A stretch of 64,000 bases of DNA. It comes from Planctomycetota bacterium (GTDB lineage Bacteria > Planctomycetota > UBA8108 > SXIK01). Below are positions 46,854-58,738 of the stretch, one piece after another. The notes under the pieces are model-generated. The model was not told the origin of the DNA. It searched no databases and saw only the letters and a program-made list of their open reading frames with translations. The DNA lies in contig CBDCXR010000004.1 in the NCBI GenBank assembly GCA_965223845.1, forward strand, positions 1,792,001-1,856,000, in the 5' to 3' direction. How positions within the stretch are numbered: the stretch's first letter is position 1; each line of letters starts with the position of its first letter. Made by a program: the position numbers and the translations under genes.

Positions 46854-49166
46854 ATGAGCACGCGGCTCTTCTGCCTTCTCCTGATCTCGACCGCGGTCGC
46901 AGTTCCGGATTTGACCTTCGCCGAGCACCGCGTCGCGATTCTCATCGACAACCGATCGCTCGAGAGCGAAGAGGGCGCGCCCCCCGATGCGCGATGGCCA
47001 GAGTTCGCGGGCGTCCTCGAGCGGTACGGATTCCGCGTGCGTCGGCACCGAGGCCTCGACGAGCGCGAGCTGTCGTCCGTTCTCGAGGAGTTCGCGCGGA
47101 CGACTCCGACGCGGGGGACAGCGCTCGTCTACTTTTCGGGCCCGGTCGCGCAAAGCTCGGACGGAAACGATCCTCGGATCGTCCTCTCCGCCGCCGGGGG
47201 GAAACGTGGGCGCGGCTACGAACTTCAAAGGCTCATCCGCCATCTCAGCGAACGCGGTGGAAGCAGCCTTCAGATCGTGGTCGTCGACCCCACTGAAGGC
47301 GTGCGAGCAATCGAGGGTGCGATACCGCAAAGTTCGGTCGTCATCGTCGGGATCGACGGGGCGCCCCTCGGGACGTCGGGGAACGACGACGACCTGATCG
47401 CGACGCTTCGACGAAACGCCTCCTTCGCTCGTGCCAATCTCGCGCCGGGAGAAGTGCTCGTCGGTCGCGGATCGACGGCGATCGCGCCGCCCGACGTGGT
47501 TCCGGTCGGACAAGCCGCGGGCGACGAGTGGGTGAACTCCCGGGGAATGGTGTTTTGCTGGTGTCCCCCCGGACGTTTCGTGAGAGGAAGTCCGGCCGAC
47601 GAGCTGGGGCGCTATTCGGACGAGCGGCGCTCCGAGGTCGAGTTTGCCGTCGGGTTCTGGATCTCGAAATACGAAGTCACGCTCGGCCAGTGGCGAGGGC
47701 AGAGGTCGCGCGAGTGCATTGCCACGCACAAGAATCATCCCATGAACATGCTCAGTCAGTCGAAGGACACTCGCGACCGAGAGCTCAAGCCGCTCAATAA
47801 GGCGGAGCGCGATGCGGGACGCTTGCCTCTCGAGTGGGAGTACCGTCTCCCGAGCGAGGATCAGTGGGAATATGCCGCGCGGGCAGGAACGACGACCGCG
47901 TGGTCGTTTGGAAGCGAACCCGAGCATCTACCGGTCTACGCGAACTTCGGGGACAAGTCGTATTACGACACTCGTGAAATCGCGGCGAACGCGGCCCACC
48001 GCACTCTCGACGACGGCCGCGCGAAGCTCGCTCGAGTCGGCAGCTACCTGCCCAACGCGTGGGGTCTCCACGACGTTCACGGCAACGTCGCCGAATGGTG
48101 CCGCGGGGCGATGGTTCGCGGTGGATCGTGGGTGAGCACGCCTGCGAGCTGCCGGAGCGCGCACCGAATGAAGCACGGCGATCGCGACAAGCGAAACTAC
48201 ATCGGAGCGCGGTTCGTCGTAGAGCGAGTCGAGCGCTCGACCGCGATCGTTTCGCGGAAGCGCCCGGAGGACGATCCGACGGCGAGCAGCACGTGGATCG
48301 AGCTGAGGGGGCACACGGGATGGGTGAGCGACGTCGCGTTCAGCCGCGACGGGCGTCGCCTCGTCTCAAGTGGGCACGACGCAACCGTGCGGGTGTGGGA
48401 CGCTCGAAATGGCGACGGGCTAGGCGTGATCCGGAGATTCGACTCGGCGGTGACGAGGATCGCGTTTCTCGCGGGAGGTCGGCGCCTCGCCGCCGGAACG
48501 TGGAGCGGCCGACTCGAAATTCGAGACGCACGGTCGGGCGGGATCGTCCAGACGCTCGAAGGGCACACCGAAAACATCACGTCCTTCGCTTTGGACGAGC
48601 CCCACGGCCGACTGGCCTCCGGGAGCGGAGACGATACACTTCGAGTTTGGAGCTTGGCGGACGGCGAAGAGACTCTCGCCCTCGCCGGTGACAACGAGTA
48701 CGACGTCACCGCCGTGGCGTTCAGTCCGGACGGAGCGCGGATCGTCTCCGGTGACGGCGAGAGCGCGCTCAGGGTTTGGGGCACCGAGAGCGGCGACGAG
48801 CTATTCACGATCGAGGGTCACGAGGCCGCGATCTCGGCAGTAGCATTTCGGCCAGACGGGAAACGAATCGCTTCGGGAAGCTGGGACAAGACCGTGTTGA
48901 TCTGGTCGGAGAACGGCGAGTCGCTCCACATTCTGCGCGGCCACGACAGCGACGTAACGTCTATCGCGTGGAGTCGAGACGGGAAATGGCTCGCTTCGGC
49001 AAGCGAAGACAGAACCGTGCGCATCTGGAACGCGGACGAGGGCCGATCAGCGAAAACGCTGCGCGGCCACGAAGCGAGCGTCACTGCGGTCGCGTTCGAC
49101 CCGAACGGAAACCGCATCGCGTCGGCGAGCCGAGACGCCGTACGGATCTGGGACTGGCGCGAATGA
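46854..49166 (+). CDS. Secreted FGE-sulfatase-fold (SUMF1-like) + WD40 repeat protein
   Basis: [46 protein letters not shown]; then about seven GH..WD repeats. Confidence 0.85.
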   Translation: MSTRLFCLLLISTAVAVPDLTFAEHRVAILIDNRSLESEEGAPPDARWPEFAGVLERYGFRVRRHRGLDERELSSVLEEFARTTPTRGTALVYFSGPVAQSSDGNDPRIVLSAAGGKRGRGYELQRLIRHLSERGGSSLQIVVVDPTEGVRAIEGAIPQSSVVIVGIDGAPLGTSGNDDDLIATLRRNASFARANLAPGEVLVGRGSTAIAPPDVVPVGQAAGDEWVNSRGMVFCWCPPGRFVRGSPADELGRYSDERRSEVEFAVGFWISKYEVTLGQWRGQRSRECIATHKNHPMNMLSQSKDTRDRELKPLNKAERDAGRLPLEWEYRLPSEDQWEYAARAGTTTAWSFGSEPEHLPVYANFGDKSYYDTREIAANAAHRTLDDGRAKLARVGSYLPNAWGLHDVHGNVAEWCRGAMVRGGSWVSTPASCRSAHRMKHGDRDKRNYIGARFVVERVERSTAIVSRKRPEDDPTASSTWIELRGHTGWVSDVAFSRDGRRLVSSGHDATVRVWDARNGDGLGVIRRFDSAVTRIAFLAGGRRLAAGTWSGRLEIRDARSGGIVQTLEGHTENITSFALDEPHGRLASGSGDDTLRVWSLADGEETLALAGDNEYDVTAVAFSPDGARIVSGDGESALRVWGTESGDELFTIEGHEAAISAVAFRPDGKRIASGSWDKTVLIWSENGESLHILRGHDSDVTSIAWSRDGKWLASASEDRTVRIWNADEGRSAKTLRGHEASVTAVAFDPNGNRIASASRDAVRIWDWRE

Positions 49167-51676
49167 ACACGGCTCGAACCTTTCTTGCCGCGGCGATCGC
49201 GACCGCTGGCCTCCCTTTCACGGGCGCATTCGGCGACTCATTCGACGACATCGTTCAGCCTGTGCTTCGCGATCACTGCTCGGACTGCCACGGTGCAGAG
49301 AAGCAAAAGGGCGGCGTTCGCTTCGACCGCGCGAGCTCGTTTCGCGGGGATGATCTTCATTTGTGGACGCTAGTCTACGGCCAGCTCTCCGCCGGTGAAA
49401 TGCCCCCGGAGGGTCGCCCGGGACCGAGTGTCGAGGAGAAACGCGCCGTTCTCGCGTGGATCGAGAACGAGCAGCGCACCCGACGTGCGGACAGTACGCG
49501 GCGACTCAATCGGCGAGAGCTGTCGGCGCTCCTCCGCGATTTGACGGGTCTCTCGGTCGACTACGCCGCCGCACTTCCCGGAGACGGGAAAGTCGCCGGG
49601 TTCGATACCGGGGCCGCGGGCCTGCAAGACTCGGCGGACTCGGTGGCCAGAGTGCTCGAGATCACGCGCCGTGCCGTCGAAGGGATTCGATTTCTCGAAC
49701 CGCCGCGCGGCAAGACGTTCGTCGCTGATCTTCGCGAGTCAAAGGATCGAAAGGGGCGATTCGACGCACGACCGGCTTTCGAGGAGTGGAAGGATGGCGG
49801 CGCCTACGTGAAAGTGCGCGGCGTCGGCGAGTTGGGAAAGGGTCTCTACATCGAACCGAAGTGGCTCGGCGACCGGGGCGGCTTTTCCATGAACGTCCCG
49901 CCGCCGGAAGACGGCCGTGGCGTGGTCCGGATCAAGGCTCTCGTCTCGTCGACGACGGGAAAGTTCGACGGGGTCCCCGATCCGCACCTCTGGTTGCGAG
50001 TCGGGGGAACGACCTTCGACATGCGAGAGCTCGCGGCGACCGCCGGTCCTCGCGAGTTGGTCTACGAGGTGCAGGTGGACGACTTGCCCGTAGAGGCGCG
50101 TGGTCTCAGCGTCGTACTCATCAACCGCGTAGAGGTACCGTACCGCGTCGCGGGGTTCGAGAACGAAGATCGAAGCAAGCCGAAGGACGAAGTCCCCGGC
50201 GGGACTGGACTCTTTCGTCCCGCCTACGACCGAAAGAAAAAAGCAGCGCCGGAAGAGAAACCCGTTCCGTGGGTCATTTTGGGGCGTCTCGAGATCGAGA
50301 CCGACTACGTCGCGGTGTGGCCGCCGGAGCGGTGGCAGGTCGACGTCGGCGAAATCGGCGACGACCGCGGGAGCGCGGCACGTCTCCTCGCCCTCTGGAT
50401 CGATCGTGCTTGGAGGCGACCTTCGACCGCGGAGGAGCGCGATCGCTTCCTCGCTCTCTATGATCGCGTCCGCGCGAAGGGAGCGTCGTTCGACGACGCA
50501 TTGCGTGCGGCGTTTCAGTCGGCGCTCCTCAGCGCACCCGCGCGCGAGCTCGTGTCGCCGAAACGAGCGGGTCCAGGGAACGAGGCGCACGCCATCGCTT
50601 CGCGCCTCAGCTTCTTTCTCCACGGCGCCCCGCCCGACCGCGCGCTGCGCGCGAAGGCGTCGGCCGGCACGCTCCGTGAGCCTTCCGCCCTCGCTCGAGA
50701 GGTCGACCGACTTCTCGACGATCCCCGGCGCGAAGCCTTCTTCCGCTCGTTCATCGAGCAATGGCTTGTCCTCGGGCAGCCGATCACGATCGCGATGGAT
50801 CACTTGAAGAAGCAGGACTTCCGCTTCGGCCGCCATCTCAAGGCGTCGATGCACGAGGAGACGATCGCGTATATCACTCGCCTCTTCATCGAAAACCGTC
50901 CCGCGCGGGAACTGGTCGCGAGCGATTGGACGATGATGAACGACATCCTCGCGCGTCACTACGGCTACGAGGGGATACGCGGGGAGACACTCCGGCCCGT
51001 GACTATCCGGGGCGACGATCCACGGGGCGGCGGGCTTTTCGCTCACGCGGGGATTCAGTCGATGCTGTGCTGGATGGGGGAGAACTGGGTGATCTACCGC
51101 GGCGCCTGGACGCTCCGACACATTCTCGACGATCCACCGCCCCCGCCGCCTCTCGAAGTGCCCGAGCTGATTCCGTCGGACGATGGCAATCGAGGGAAAT
51201 CCTTCCGCGAGCTTCTCGACCAGCACCAAAAGGACGAGAACTGCTCGGTCTGCCACAAGAAGATGGATCCCCTCGGCTTCGCGTTTCAGAATTTCGACAT
51301 CAGCGGGCGTTGGCGTGATGTCGAATTCGAGCGCTACGAACGAAACGAGATCGACGGAAAGATCGCCTGGCGGGGCGCGGGGGCGACTCGCCCGGTCGAT
51401 GCTTCCGGAGTTCTTCCGCGCGGCGAGAGATTCACGAGCTTCGCCCAGTTCAAGAATCTCGTCGTCGAGCACTACCTCGACGATCTCGTCCGCGGACTTC
51501 TCAAGAACTTGGTCATTTACTCGACAGGACGCAAACCAGACGTTGCCGACATGGCCGAGATCCGTTCGATTCAGGCGCGAGAGCGACCGAGAGGCTATCG
51601 ACTGAGAAACCTGCTAAAGGGTATCGTACAGTCGAGAGCGTTCCTCGAGGCGGAAGGGAAAACACGGGCGTTCTGA
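49163..51676 (+). CDS. DUF1592/DUF1588-type cytochrome c domain protein
   Basis: [43 protein letters not shown]. Start at ATG 49163 (ATGA overlap). Confidence 0.85.
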   Translation: MNTARTFLAAAIATAGLPFTGAFGDSFDDIVQPVLRDHCSDCHGAEKQKGGVRFDRASSFRGDDLHLWTLVYGQLSAGEMPPEGRPGPSVEEKRAVLAWIENEQRTRRADSTRRLNRRELSALLRDLTGLSVDYAAALPGDGKVAGFDTGAAGLQDSADSVARVLEITRRAVEGIRFLEPPRGKTFVADLRESKDRKGRFDARPAFEEWKDGGAYVKVRGVGELGKGLYIEPKWLGDRGGFSMNVPPPEDGRGVVRIKALVSSTTGKFDGVPDPHLWLRVGGTTFDMRELAATAGPRELVYEVQVDDLPVEARGLSVVLINRVEVPYRVAGFENEDRSKPKDEVPGGTGLFRPAYDRKKKAAPEEKPVPWVILGRLEIETDYVAVWPPERWQVDVGEIGDDRGSAARLLALWIDRAWRRPSTAEERDRFLALYDRVRAKGASFDDALRAAFQSALLSAPARELVSPKRAGPGNEAHAIASRLSFFLHGAPPDRALRAKASAGTLREPSALAREVDRLLDDPRREAFFRSFIEQWLVLGQPITIAMDHLKKQDFRFGRHLKASMHEETIAYITRLFIENRPARELVASDWTMMNDILARHYGYEGIRGETLRPVTIRGDDPRGGGLFAHAGIQSMLCWMGENWVIYRGAWTLRHILDDPPPPPPLEVPELIPSDDGNRGKSFRELLDQHQKDENCSVCHKKMDPLGFAFQNFDISGRWRDVEFERYERNEIDGKIAWRGAGATRPVDASGVLPRGERFTSFAQFKNLVVEHYLDDLVRGLLKNLVIYSTGRKPDVADMAEIRSIQARERPRGYRLRNLLKGIVQSRAFLEAEGKTRAF

Positions 51677-51687
51677 GGCACCGTTTC

Positions 51688-53028
51688 ATGAGCAGTTTCG
51701 ATCGACGAATCTCGCGGCGGACCGTTCTCCGCGGCCTCGGCGCCACCATTGCGCTCCCTTATCTGGAGGTCATGGGCCTTGGGAAGAAGGCGGTCGCGGC
51801 AGCTCGCAGCGCAGCCGATCCGGCGCGTCTCGCCTGTTTCTACATTCCGGGCGGGATCAGTCGGTACGGTTGGTTCCCCGAGGACACCGGACCGAACTAC
51901 ACGCTCGCCTCGTCGCACCGACCGCTCGAGCATCATCGCGCTCGGTTCTCGGTGCTGACGAATCTCTCTCACATCGAGGGGCGCATCTCCGGGCACGAGC
52001 ATCCGTACAACTGGCTCACCGGGCACAACATCAAGATCACTCCCGGGACGATCACGAACACGATCTCGATGGATCAGGTCGCGGCGCAGCACCTGGGTCC
52101 CACGTACCTCCGGTCGCTCGCGCTCTCGTGGCAGGACGGCGTCGGCACGAGATCGCTTTCGCGAAACGCGTTGGGGGTCGACATCCCCGCTATCGGGAGC
52201 TACCGGGCGGTGTTCGAACGACTCTTTCCGCCCGCCGATCGAAAGCAGCTCACCGAAGCGCAGGAACGCATCGAGCTCGATCGGAGCATCCTCGACACGG
52301 CGGTCGGGAGCGTGAACGACCTCCGGCGCCGACTCGGACGCGCCGACGATCGACGACTCGACGAGTATCTCGAATCGATCCGAGAAGTGGAGAAGCGTCT
52401 CACCGACAAGGAGGCGATCCTCGAGCGAGGTCGACCGCGGTTCGACGAGGCGAGCGTGCGCCTCGAGCCGGCGGGTAAGAACAGCATGGCGGAGCACATC
52501 GAGCTCATGATGGACTTGATCGTGCTCGCATTTCAGACCGACATGACACGCGTCGTCACGCACTGCCTCGGCGGTGAGGGCGGTCCGAACTACGTCGAGT
52601 ACAAGGACTGGGCGGGAGAGGCCGGCGGCCAGGTTCGCGGCGCTCACGATTTTCACCACAAGGGATCCGGCGCGCGCGGCGCCGACCATCCGGACGTCAA
52701 GGTGCTCGCCTACCGCGACACGATGCTCTGCGCGTCGCTCGCGCGCTTGATGGACAAGCTCGAAGCCATCGAGGCCGAAGACGGCACACTTCTCGATCAC
52801 TCGGTGCTCCTCTTCGGCGGCTCGCAGATTAGCAGCCACTCCGGAAAGAGCTTCCCCACTATTCTCGCCGGCGGCCGTAAGCTCGGCTTCCGGCACGGTC
52901 AGCACCTGCGGTGGAAGACGGATGAGCGGCCGATGTCGGACCTATTCCTCACGATTCTTCAGCAGATCGGTTGTCCGGTGGCGAAGTTCAAGGAAAGCCG
53001 GGCACCGCTGACCGAGCTCCTCGCCTGA
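51688..53028 (+). CDS. DUF1552-type Tat-exported protein
   Basis: SRRTVLRGLGATIALPYLE, ISMDQVAA, RSILD, LAFQTDMTRV, TLLDHS. Confidence 0.85.
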   Translation: MSSFDRRISRRTVLRGLGATIALPYLEVMGLGKKAVAAARSAADPARLACFYIPGGISRYGWFPEDTGPNYTLASSHRPLEHHRARFSVLTNLSHIEGRISGHEHPYNWLTGHNIKITPGTITNTISMDQVAAQHLGPTYLRSLALSWQDGVGTRSLSRNALGVDIPAIGSYRAVFERLFPPADRKQLTEAQERIELDRSILDTAVGSVNDLRRRLGRADDRRLDEYLESIREVEKRLTDKEAILERGRPRFDEASVRLEPAGKNSMAEHIELMMDLIVLAFQTDMTRVVTHCLGGEGGPNYVEYKDWAGEAGGQVRGAHDFHHKGSGARGADHPDVKVLAYRDTMLCASLARLMDKLEAIEAEDGTLLDHSVLLFGGSQISSHSGKSFPTILAGGRKLGFRHGQHLRWKTDERPMSDLFLTILQQIGCPVAKFKESRAPLTELLA

Positions 53029-53137
53029 GCTGACTCCTGAGTCTCCACCGGGAACTCGGCGACCGCGCCAACCTCGGAGCCGGGCCGTTCGGAGGATCGC
53101 GACGCGTCTCCGCCTCGACGATCTCTCACTCCTCGCG

Positions 53138-54328
53138 ATGAAAACTACCGTCACAAGTTCTCTTGTCCTCCTCGCTCTCACTGTCGCGTGTGTTGTCCCA
53201 CTTTGCGCGAACGAGGGCCGGTACTTCGAGACGCTCGTCCGGCTCGAGACGCCCAAGAAAAAGGAGGGGCGCACCGAAGGAGGACTCGAGCACGCTCCCT
53301 TTCGTTGCTGGCTTCCGCCCGACGCAAAGACGATTCGCGGCCTGACGTTCAACCCGTTCTACACCAAGGCCGTGACCCAAAAGCACTGGCAGGCCGCTTG
53401 TCGTCAGTGGGGATTCGGAATCCTCGGGTCCAACCTCTTCGGAGTGAAGAAGGGAGAGTTTCCGCGCCTGATCGATGCGGCTCTCGAAGAGGTCGCGAAG
53501 GCGAGTGGTCAGCCCGAGCTCGCGAAAGCAAAGCTCTGTCCGATCGGGATGTCGGCGGGCGCCGGAATGAGCACTCAGGTCGCGAGCCTGATGCCGGATC
53601 GAGTGATCGCGGTCGGTCCGGTGTGTCTCGAAGTCGGTCCCCGCGACGAAGCTGCGCTGGCGATTCCTATGCTCACGGTCTTCGGTGAGCGCGACGGATC
53701 GCAGTACGACAAGCTGCTCACGAAGTTGCCCGCCGCCCGCGTGGGAGGGGCTCGATTCGGCATCGCGGTTCAGTGGGGGCGACGCCATGAGTTTGCGCGT
53801 GCGAACAACCTCCTGATGCCACTCTTCGATGCGGCGATTCGAAGGCGACTCGGAGCGCCCGGAGAGCCCCTCCGTCCATTCCCGGAGAGCGCGGGGTGGC
53901 TCGGAGATGTCTCGAACTGGCGAGACAGCGTCGCGATCATCGCCCCGATCGCGGAGTTTCCCGGGGAGCGCGCGAACGCGTGCTGGCTTCCGAACGAGAC
54001 TACCGCCCGTGCATGGCAGGCGTTCGTGACTCGCGAACCGGTCTTCGAGTTGACTAGCCCGCCGGGTCTCGGTGACGGTCAAGCGTTCGTCCTCCGTCGA
54101 ATCGGAGAGCCGATCGAGGTCGCCATGAAGTGGAACGAGAAACGGCTTGCGCTCCGCGGAGGCGTGACGGTGTTCGCCGGCGAGCGGAAGCTCGGTGACC
54201 TTGGGAGAGACGGCCTCGAGGTTACATTCGAGAAGCCGGGGATCTATCCGATGTTTCTCCAGGCAACGCTCGTCGACGGCGGAACCGCGCTCTCCCGACC
54301 GAACACGGTGATCGTCGCGGGGAAGTAG
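53138..54328 (+). CDS. Secreted alpha/beta-hydrolase-like protein
   Basis: Signal peptide; GMSAG nucleophile elbow; GERD and RHE candidate Asp/His residues. Confidence 0.6.
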   Translation: MKTTVTSSLVLLALTVACVVPLCANEGRYFETLVRLETPKKKEGRTEGGLEHAPFRCWLPPDAKTIRGLTFNPFYTKAVTQKHWQAACRQWGFGILGSNLFGVKKGEFPRLIDAALEEVAKASGQPELAKAKLCPIGMSAGAGMSTQVASLMPDRVIAVGPVCLEVGPRDEAALAIPMLTVFGERDGSQYDKLLTKLPAARVGGARFGIAVQWGRRHEFARANNLLMPLFDAAIRRRLGAPGEPLRPFPESAGWLGDVSNWRDSVAIIAPIAEFPGERANACWLPNETTARAWQAFVTREPVFELTSPPGLGDGQAFVLRRIGEPIEVAMKWNEKRLALRGGVTVFAGERKLGDLGRDGLEVTFEKPGIYPMFLQATLVDGGTALSRPNTVIVAGK

Positions 54329-54423
54329 CCCGGGAGTCTCCCGGGTCGACGCAGGTTTTTTCGGTCATCTCTCTTGTCGATTTCCGTCTCAGTCTTCATG
54401 AAGACACCGGAAGGCGAGACGCG

Positions 54424-57400
54424 ATGACTCTCTCCACGAGCTTCCCTTCGGATTCCCGGCTCGTTCGCCGTGCCCTGGCACGCGATCCAGCCGCGTTCGA
54501 GGCTCTCGTTTCCCGCTACCAGCGCTCCGCGTACGCGATCGTGCGTTCGCTCGGAGTAGGGGAACCGAGCGCGGACGATGTCGTTCAGGAGGCGTTCCTC
54601 AAGGCATTCGAGAATCTGTCACGCTTGCGGTCGGAAGACGCGTTCGGTCCGTGGTTCCTTCGGATCGTCCGAAACGCCGCGCGTGACCAGTTTCGCTCCC
54701 GTCGATCGATCTCGATCGATGCCGCACACGATATGCCATTCGAATTCGCGTCGGCGCCGGCCCTCGAGCGGAGTGAGCTGCGAGACCGGGTCTGGCGGAT
54801 CGTCTCGGAGCTTCCGGAGCCGGTTCGGGAAGTCATCTATCTCTACTACTACGACGGCGAATCGGTTCGCAGCGTCGCAAAGGCGCTCGGGCTCACGAAG
54901 TCCGCCGTCGTGAAGCGCATGCAGCGCGGACGGGATCTCCTCCGGGCGCGGCTCTGGGCCGAGCTCGAAGAGACTCTCCGAGAGATGATTCCTTCGGCGC
55001 GCGACTGGCAGCGGCGGGGACGCCGTCTCGCGCTTGTTCTTCTGGGTGCGACCGCCGGTGCATCGACTGCACGCGCGGCCTCGATCGTGCCGAGTACGAT
55101 TGTCGTCCAGAAAACCGTTGCGGGAGGATTCGGAATGGGAGGAAAGAAATCCGCGGTGCTCGTCGGGATCGGAATCTGTCTGCTGCTTACGGGGATCTAC
55201 GTTGTTCGCAACCGGATTCTCCCGCGCGGAGACGAGCTCGACGCCGAGATCGCTCGGGGGCAGAATCCCGAAGCCGCGAAAGACGATTCGACGGATCCCG
55301 GGGCGACCGCGGCTGCGCGCACCGGCGAAGAAGCCGAGATCGCTCGTGCCATCGATCTCACGCGACCTCCCGCTCTCGCCGGCACTGTTCGCGACGCGGA
55401 CGGTCGCCCGATCGCCGGAGCGAGAGTCGTCGCCCTCGATGTCTCCGCCTGGCGACAACCGTTCGTCGAGAGCGGAAGCGGAATCTGGGACGCACGTGCA
55501 CACACACGAGATCGAACGAGCGCTCTCGGCGAGCTCCACGCCGCCTACCGGAAGCGCGGTGCGGAGTTCGCCCACGCGGAATCCGGCACGGACGGGTCAT
55601 TTCGATTCGCGCGTCTGTCCGCGGGAGAGTATCGCGTCCTGGCGGGACATCCGGAGCACCTTTCCTCAGTGGACACGACGGTCTTCGTCCGAGCCGATGA
55701 GGGAACCGAGTGCGAGATCGTTCTCGCTCCCGGAAATTCGATTCGCGGACGAGTCGTCAATGACGCCGGCGAGCCGCTAGACAACGTTCGCGTGACCGCC
55801 CGCGCGTCGAGCGAACGAGCGGTCCGGGGCGGCGCCAGAATCGAGCTTCTCGCCAAAGAGTGGGTGCGCGGCGAGTTCCTAGTGGCGAGCTCTTCAGAGC
55901 GTACGCGCAGAGATGGACGCTTCACGATTGGCGCTCTGCCGCTCGATCGATTCGATCTGACTCTCTCGCGTCCCGATTTCGCCGAGACTCGACGCTACGA
56001 CGTTGTCGCGGGCACACAGGATCTCGAAATCGTCCTCGAACGCGGCCTCGAGGTCACCGGGCGAGTGCTCGACGAACGGGGGGACCCGATTCCTGGCGCC
56101 GTGGTTTTTCTCAGTCCCGTCCCCGCCGAACGCGAGCGGCCGATCGCGATCGGAGAGCCGATCCATCCCGTCGTCGTCGGAGTTCCCGACGCGTCGTTAC
56201 CCGCGAGGCTCGAATCGCCGGCCGATGAGTTCGCTCGCTTCCAGTTTCGAAATCTCTTGCCGGGGGATTATCAACTCAGCGCGAACCATCCGTCTCATCC
56301 CACCTGGGAAGCACGAGTCGCGCTCGAGAACGAATCGGTCGAGGTGGAGATTCAGCTCGAGCCATCGCTCGCGATATCAGGAACGGTTTACGCACCCGAC
56401 GGTCGTCGAGTAGCCGGCGCACGGGTCTGGATCGAGAAAGACGTGCGCGGCGGGATCATGAGCTGGGGCGGCCGCGATTTCACCCCGGTCGCGCTTGTCG
56501 AGTGCGAGGCGGAAGAGAACGGAGACTTCGAGCTGACGGGAATCCCCGCCGGAGTCTATCGACTGCGTGCGGGGTCCGAGGACTTTGCGGAGACCGTACT
56601 TCCTCGTGTTCCCGCAGGCGCAGCGGGTGTCGACATTCGCCTCGAGAAGGGGGCGACGATTCGGGGGATCGTCGTCGACGAAGATCTCGATACACCGATC
56701 GTCGGCGCGCTTGTCGAGGTGGGAATCGGCGTCGCGTTCAACAGGCATCCGGGAAAGGTCGCGACCACGGATCAAGCGGGGCGATTCGAGATTCCCGGCG
56801 TACCGCGGCGCTCGGTGTATCTCCGCGCGAGCCACGATGAGTATCCCGAACTGCCCGAACGAATCCGAATTCGACCCGGTTACACCGAGCGCGAGATCGA
56901 GATCCGACTCCGGCGACCGGACACGATTCGCGGGATCGTCGTCGACGAGGAGGGGAATCCGGTCGCGCGCGCCGTCGTGATGCTCGAAACGGGTCGTATC
57001 CAGACGATCTATCTCCGCCGAGACGTCGCCGCGGGCTTGCGGCGCGCGGTCACCGCGCCGGACGGTAGCTTCTCGCTTCGACTGTCGCAGAAGCATCGGC
57101 AAGAGCAGTGGGCGCCATCTACCATCGTCGCGCGTCATGCTCGCTTCGGGATTGGACGAACGGCTCCGCTCGTCGGTCCGGGCGAGGGCGAGCCGTGGCC
57201 GGAGATCGAGATCGTATTGGCACCGCCGTCGTCGATCACCGGCCGTGTGGTCGGCTCGGGTGGCGCCGCCGTCCTGGGCGCGCGAGTCCACGCCACGCGA
57301 ATGGAGCTCGTGCAGGGGGAAGAGAGGGACACCGCCGTGACGGCGACGACCTACTCCGGTGCTAACGGTGCGTACCGACTCGACGGAATCGAACCCGGAA

Positions 57401-58722
57401 TCTACCTCGTCGACGTTCGCGCGACGGAGTTCGCCCCGCTCGTCGGGCAGAGGCTCGAGATGATGGACTCTCCCCTTTCTCAAGATTTCCGCTTGGAATC
57501 CGGATTTCGTGTCGACGGACGGGTCGTCGACACCGCGGGTTTGCCGATCGAGGGCGCCGAAGTCCTCGCGTTTCCCACGCTCGAAACAGACGAAGATCCG
57601 AGTCACGTGAAGTCGCGGGCGCGACGCGAGGAGACCGTTGGCTCCAGTTCGGCACGAACGGATCGGGACGGACACTGGTCGCTCGCGAATCTCCCTCGCG
57701 GCGAGACAACACTCGTCGCGAGGATCCCCGGGTACTTGTCGAGCGACTTGGCCATGGTCGAACCGGGAGATCACTCGCTCGAGCTTGTCGTCGAGGAGTT
57801 CGCATCGGTCTCCGGGGCTGCGCGGGACGGAAAGACCGGGCAGCCAGTGAGCGCATTCGAGATCGCTCTGCTGCGACCCGAGGATCATCGGTCCCGCTTC
57901 AAGGGCGATGCCTATACTTACCCCACGCGAGAGTTTGCTGCTCCGAGCGGCACGTTCCTCGTCGAGGACATTCCGGCGGGCCGGTACACCGTCGGAATCT
58001 CGGCGCACGGTTACGGAATCGAGGTCGCCGAGGTCGTGCTCCGCCCGGGCGACGATGCCGCGGTCGAATTCGTCCTTCGGCGCGGACGGCGCGTCGTCGC
58101 GACGGTGTTCGAGCTCGAGTCGAATCGACGGCTCTCCGACATTTCGATCGGCCTCTCGCCCGTCGACCGGAACGCGGGTGAGAGACTCCACATGCCGAAC
58201 CCGTACCGCGGCGTCACCGATGAGAACGGAGTCGCGATCCTCGACGGACTCGTGGACGGGAAGTTCCGCGTCAGAGCTCGACATCCGGAGTACAGGCTTC
58301 CGGATGAGCGGCTGGAGTTTCAGATCGAGAGCGGAGACGACGCGGTCGAAGAACTGACGCTCGAGATCGGCCTCGTCGCGCGGAGAGAGGGCGCTCTTCG
58401 CGGCACGATTCAGAATCGTCACGGACGCGACTCGTTCGGCCATCGACTCGTTCTCGTCAACCTCGATGACGCTGACGCGAAGCCGCTCCCGACCACGATC
58501 GAGTTCCACACCGGAAAGTATGAGCGGCGGGCCATCCCGCCGGGGGACTACGAAGTGCGCTTCGAGGAGCGAATCCTCACCGAAGAAGGAAGGCGCGTAG
58601 CCGAACGGACCGGCGGGATGCGGTACGACCTGTCCGTCGAACGATTCACCGTGCTCGGCAGCGTTCGAATCGTTGAGGGAGCGACGGCGAAGTTCGATGC
58701 GGTGCTGAACCCGGACAAGTGA
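54424..58722 (+). CDS. ECF sigma factor fused to a TM helix and carboxypeptidase-regulatory-like beta-sandwich repeats
   Basis: Sigma2 DDVVQEAFLKA..FGPWFLRIVRN; sigma4 LPEPVREVI..VAKALGL; TM AVLVGIGICLLLTGIYVV; repeated G.V.D..G.P..GA.V..T..DG.F units. Confidence 0.88.
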   Translation: MTLSTSFPSDSRLVRRALARDPAAFEALVSRYQRSAYAIVRSLGVGEPSADDVVQEAFLKAFENLSRLRSEDAFGPWFLRIVRNAARDQFRSRRSISIDAAHDMPFEFASAPALERSELRDRVWRIVSELPEPVREVIYLYYYDGESVRSVAKALGLTKSAVVKRMQRGRDLLRARLWAELEETLREMIPSARDWQRRGRRLALVLLGATAGASTARAASIVPSTIVVQKTVAGGFGMGGKKSAVLVGIGICLLLTGIYVVRNRILPRGDELDAEIARGQNPEAAKDDSTDPGATAAARTGEEAEIARAIDLTRPPALAGTVRDADGRPIAGARVVALDVSAWRQPFVESGSGIWDARAHTRDRTSALGELHAAYRKRGAEFAHAESGTDGSFRFARLSAGEYRVLAGHPEHLSSVDTTVFVRADEGTECEIVLAPGNSIRGRVVNDAGEPLDNVRVTARASSERAVRGGARIELLAKEWVRGEFLVASSSERTRRDGRFTIGALPLDRFDLTLSRPDFAETRRYDVVAGTQDLEIVLERGLEVTGRVLDERGDPIPGAVVFLSPVPAERERPIAIGEPIHPVVVGVPDASLPARLESPADEFARFQFRNLLPGDYQLSANHPSHPTWEARVALENESVEVEIQLEPSLAISGTVYAPDGRRVAGARVWIEKDVRGGIMSWGGRDFTPVALVECEAEENGDFELTGIPAGVYRLRAGSEDFAETVLPRVPAGAAGVDIRLEKGATIRGIVVDEDLDTPIVGALVEVGIGVAFNRHPGKVATTDQAGRFEIPGVPRRSVYLRASHDEYPELPERIRIRPGYTEREIEIRLRRPDTIRGIVVDEEGNPVARAVVMLETGRIQTIYLRRDVAAGLRRAVTAPDGSFSLRLSQKHRQEQWAPSTIVARHARFGIGRTAPLVGPGEGEPWPEIEIVLAPPSSITGRVVGSGGAAVLGARVHATRMELVQGEERDTAVTATTYSGANGAYRLDGIEPGIYLVDVRATEFAPLVGQRLEMMDSPLSQDFRLESGFRVDGRVVDTAGLPIEGAEVLAFPTLETDEDPSHVKSRARREETVGSSSARTDRDGHWSLANLPRGETTLVARIPGYLSSDLAMVEPGDHSLELVVEEFASVSGAARDGKTGQPVSAFEIALLRPEDHRSRFKGDAYTYPTREFAAPSGTFLVEDIPAGRYTVGISAHGYGIEVAEVVLRPGDDAAVEFVLRRGRRVVATVFELESNRRLSDISIGLSPVDRNAGERLHMPNPYRGVTDENGVAILDGLVDGKFRVRARHPEYRLPDERLEFQIESGDDAVEELTLEIGLVARREGALRGTIQNRHGRDSFGHRLVLVNLDDADAKPLPTTIEFHTGKYERRAIPPGDYEVRFEERILTEEGRRVAERTGGMRYDLSVERFTVLGSVRIVEGATAKFDAVLNPDK

Positions 58723-58738
58723 CGCTGGCTCGGTACTC

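Noticed and set aside
47520-48225. FGE-fold domain as the sulfatase maturase or a DGR target
   Set aside because: It has [13 protein letters not shown] rather than the two-Cys RGGS..C....C catalytic motif. I saw no template copy of its C-terminus.
54329-54361. Intrinsic terminator CCCGGGA-GTC-TCCCGGG
   Set aside because: The stem is present but the T-tract is 10 nt away, which is too weak to call.
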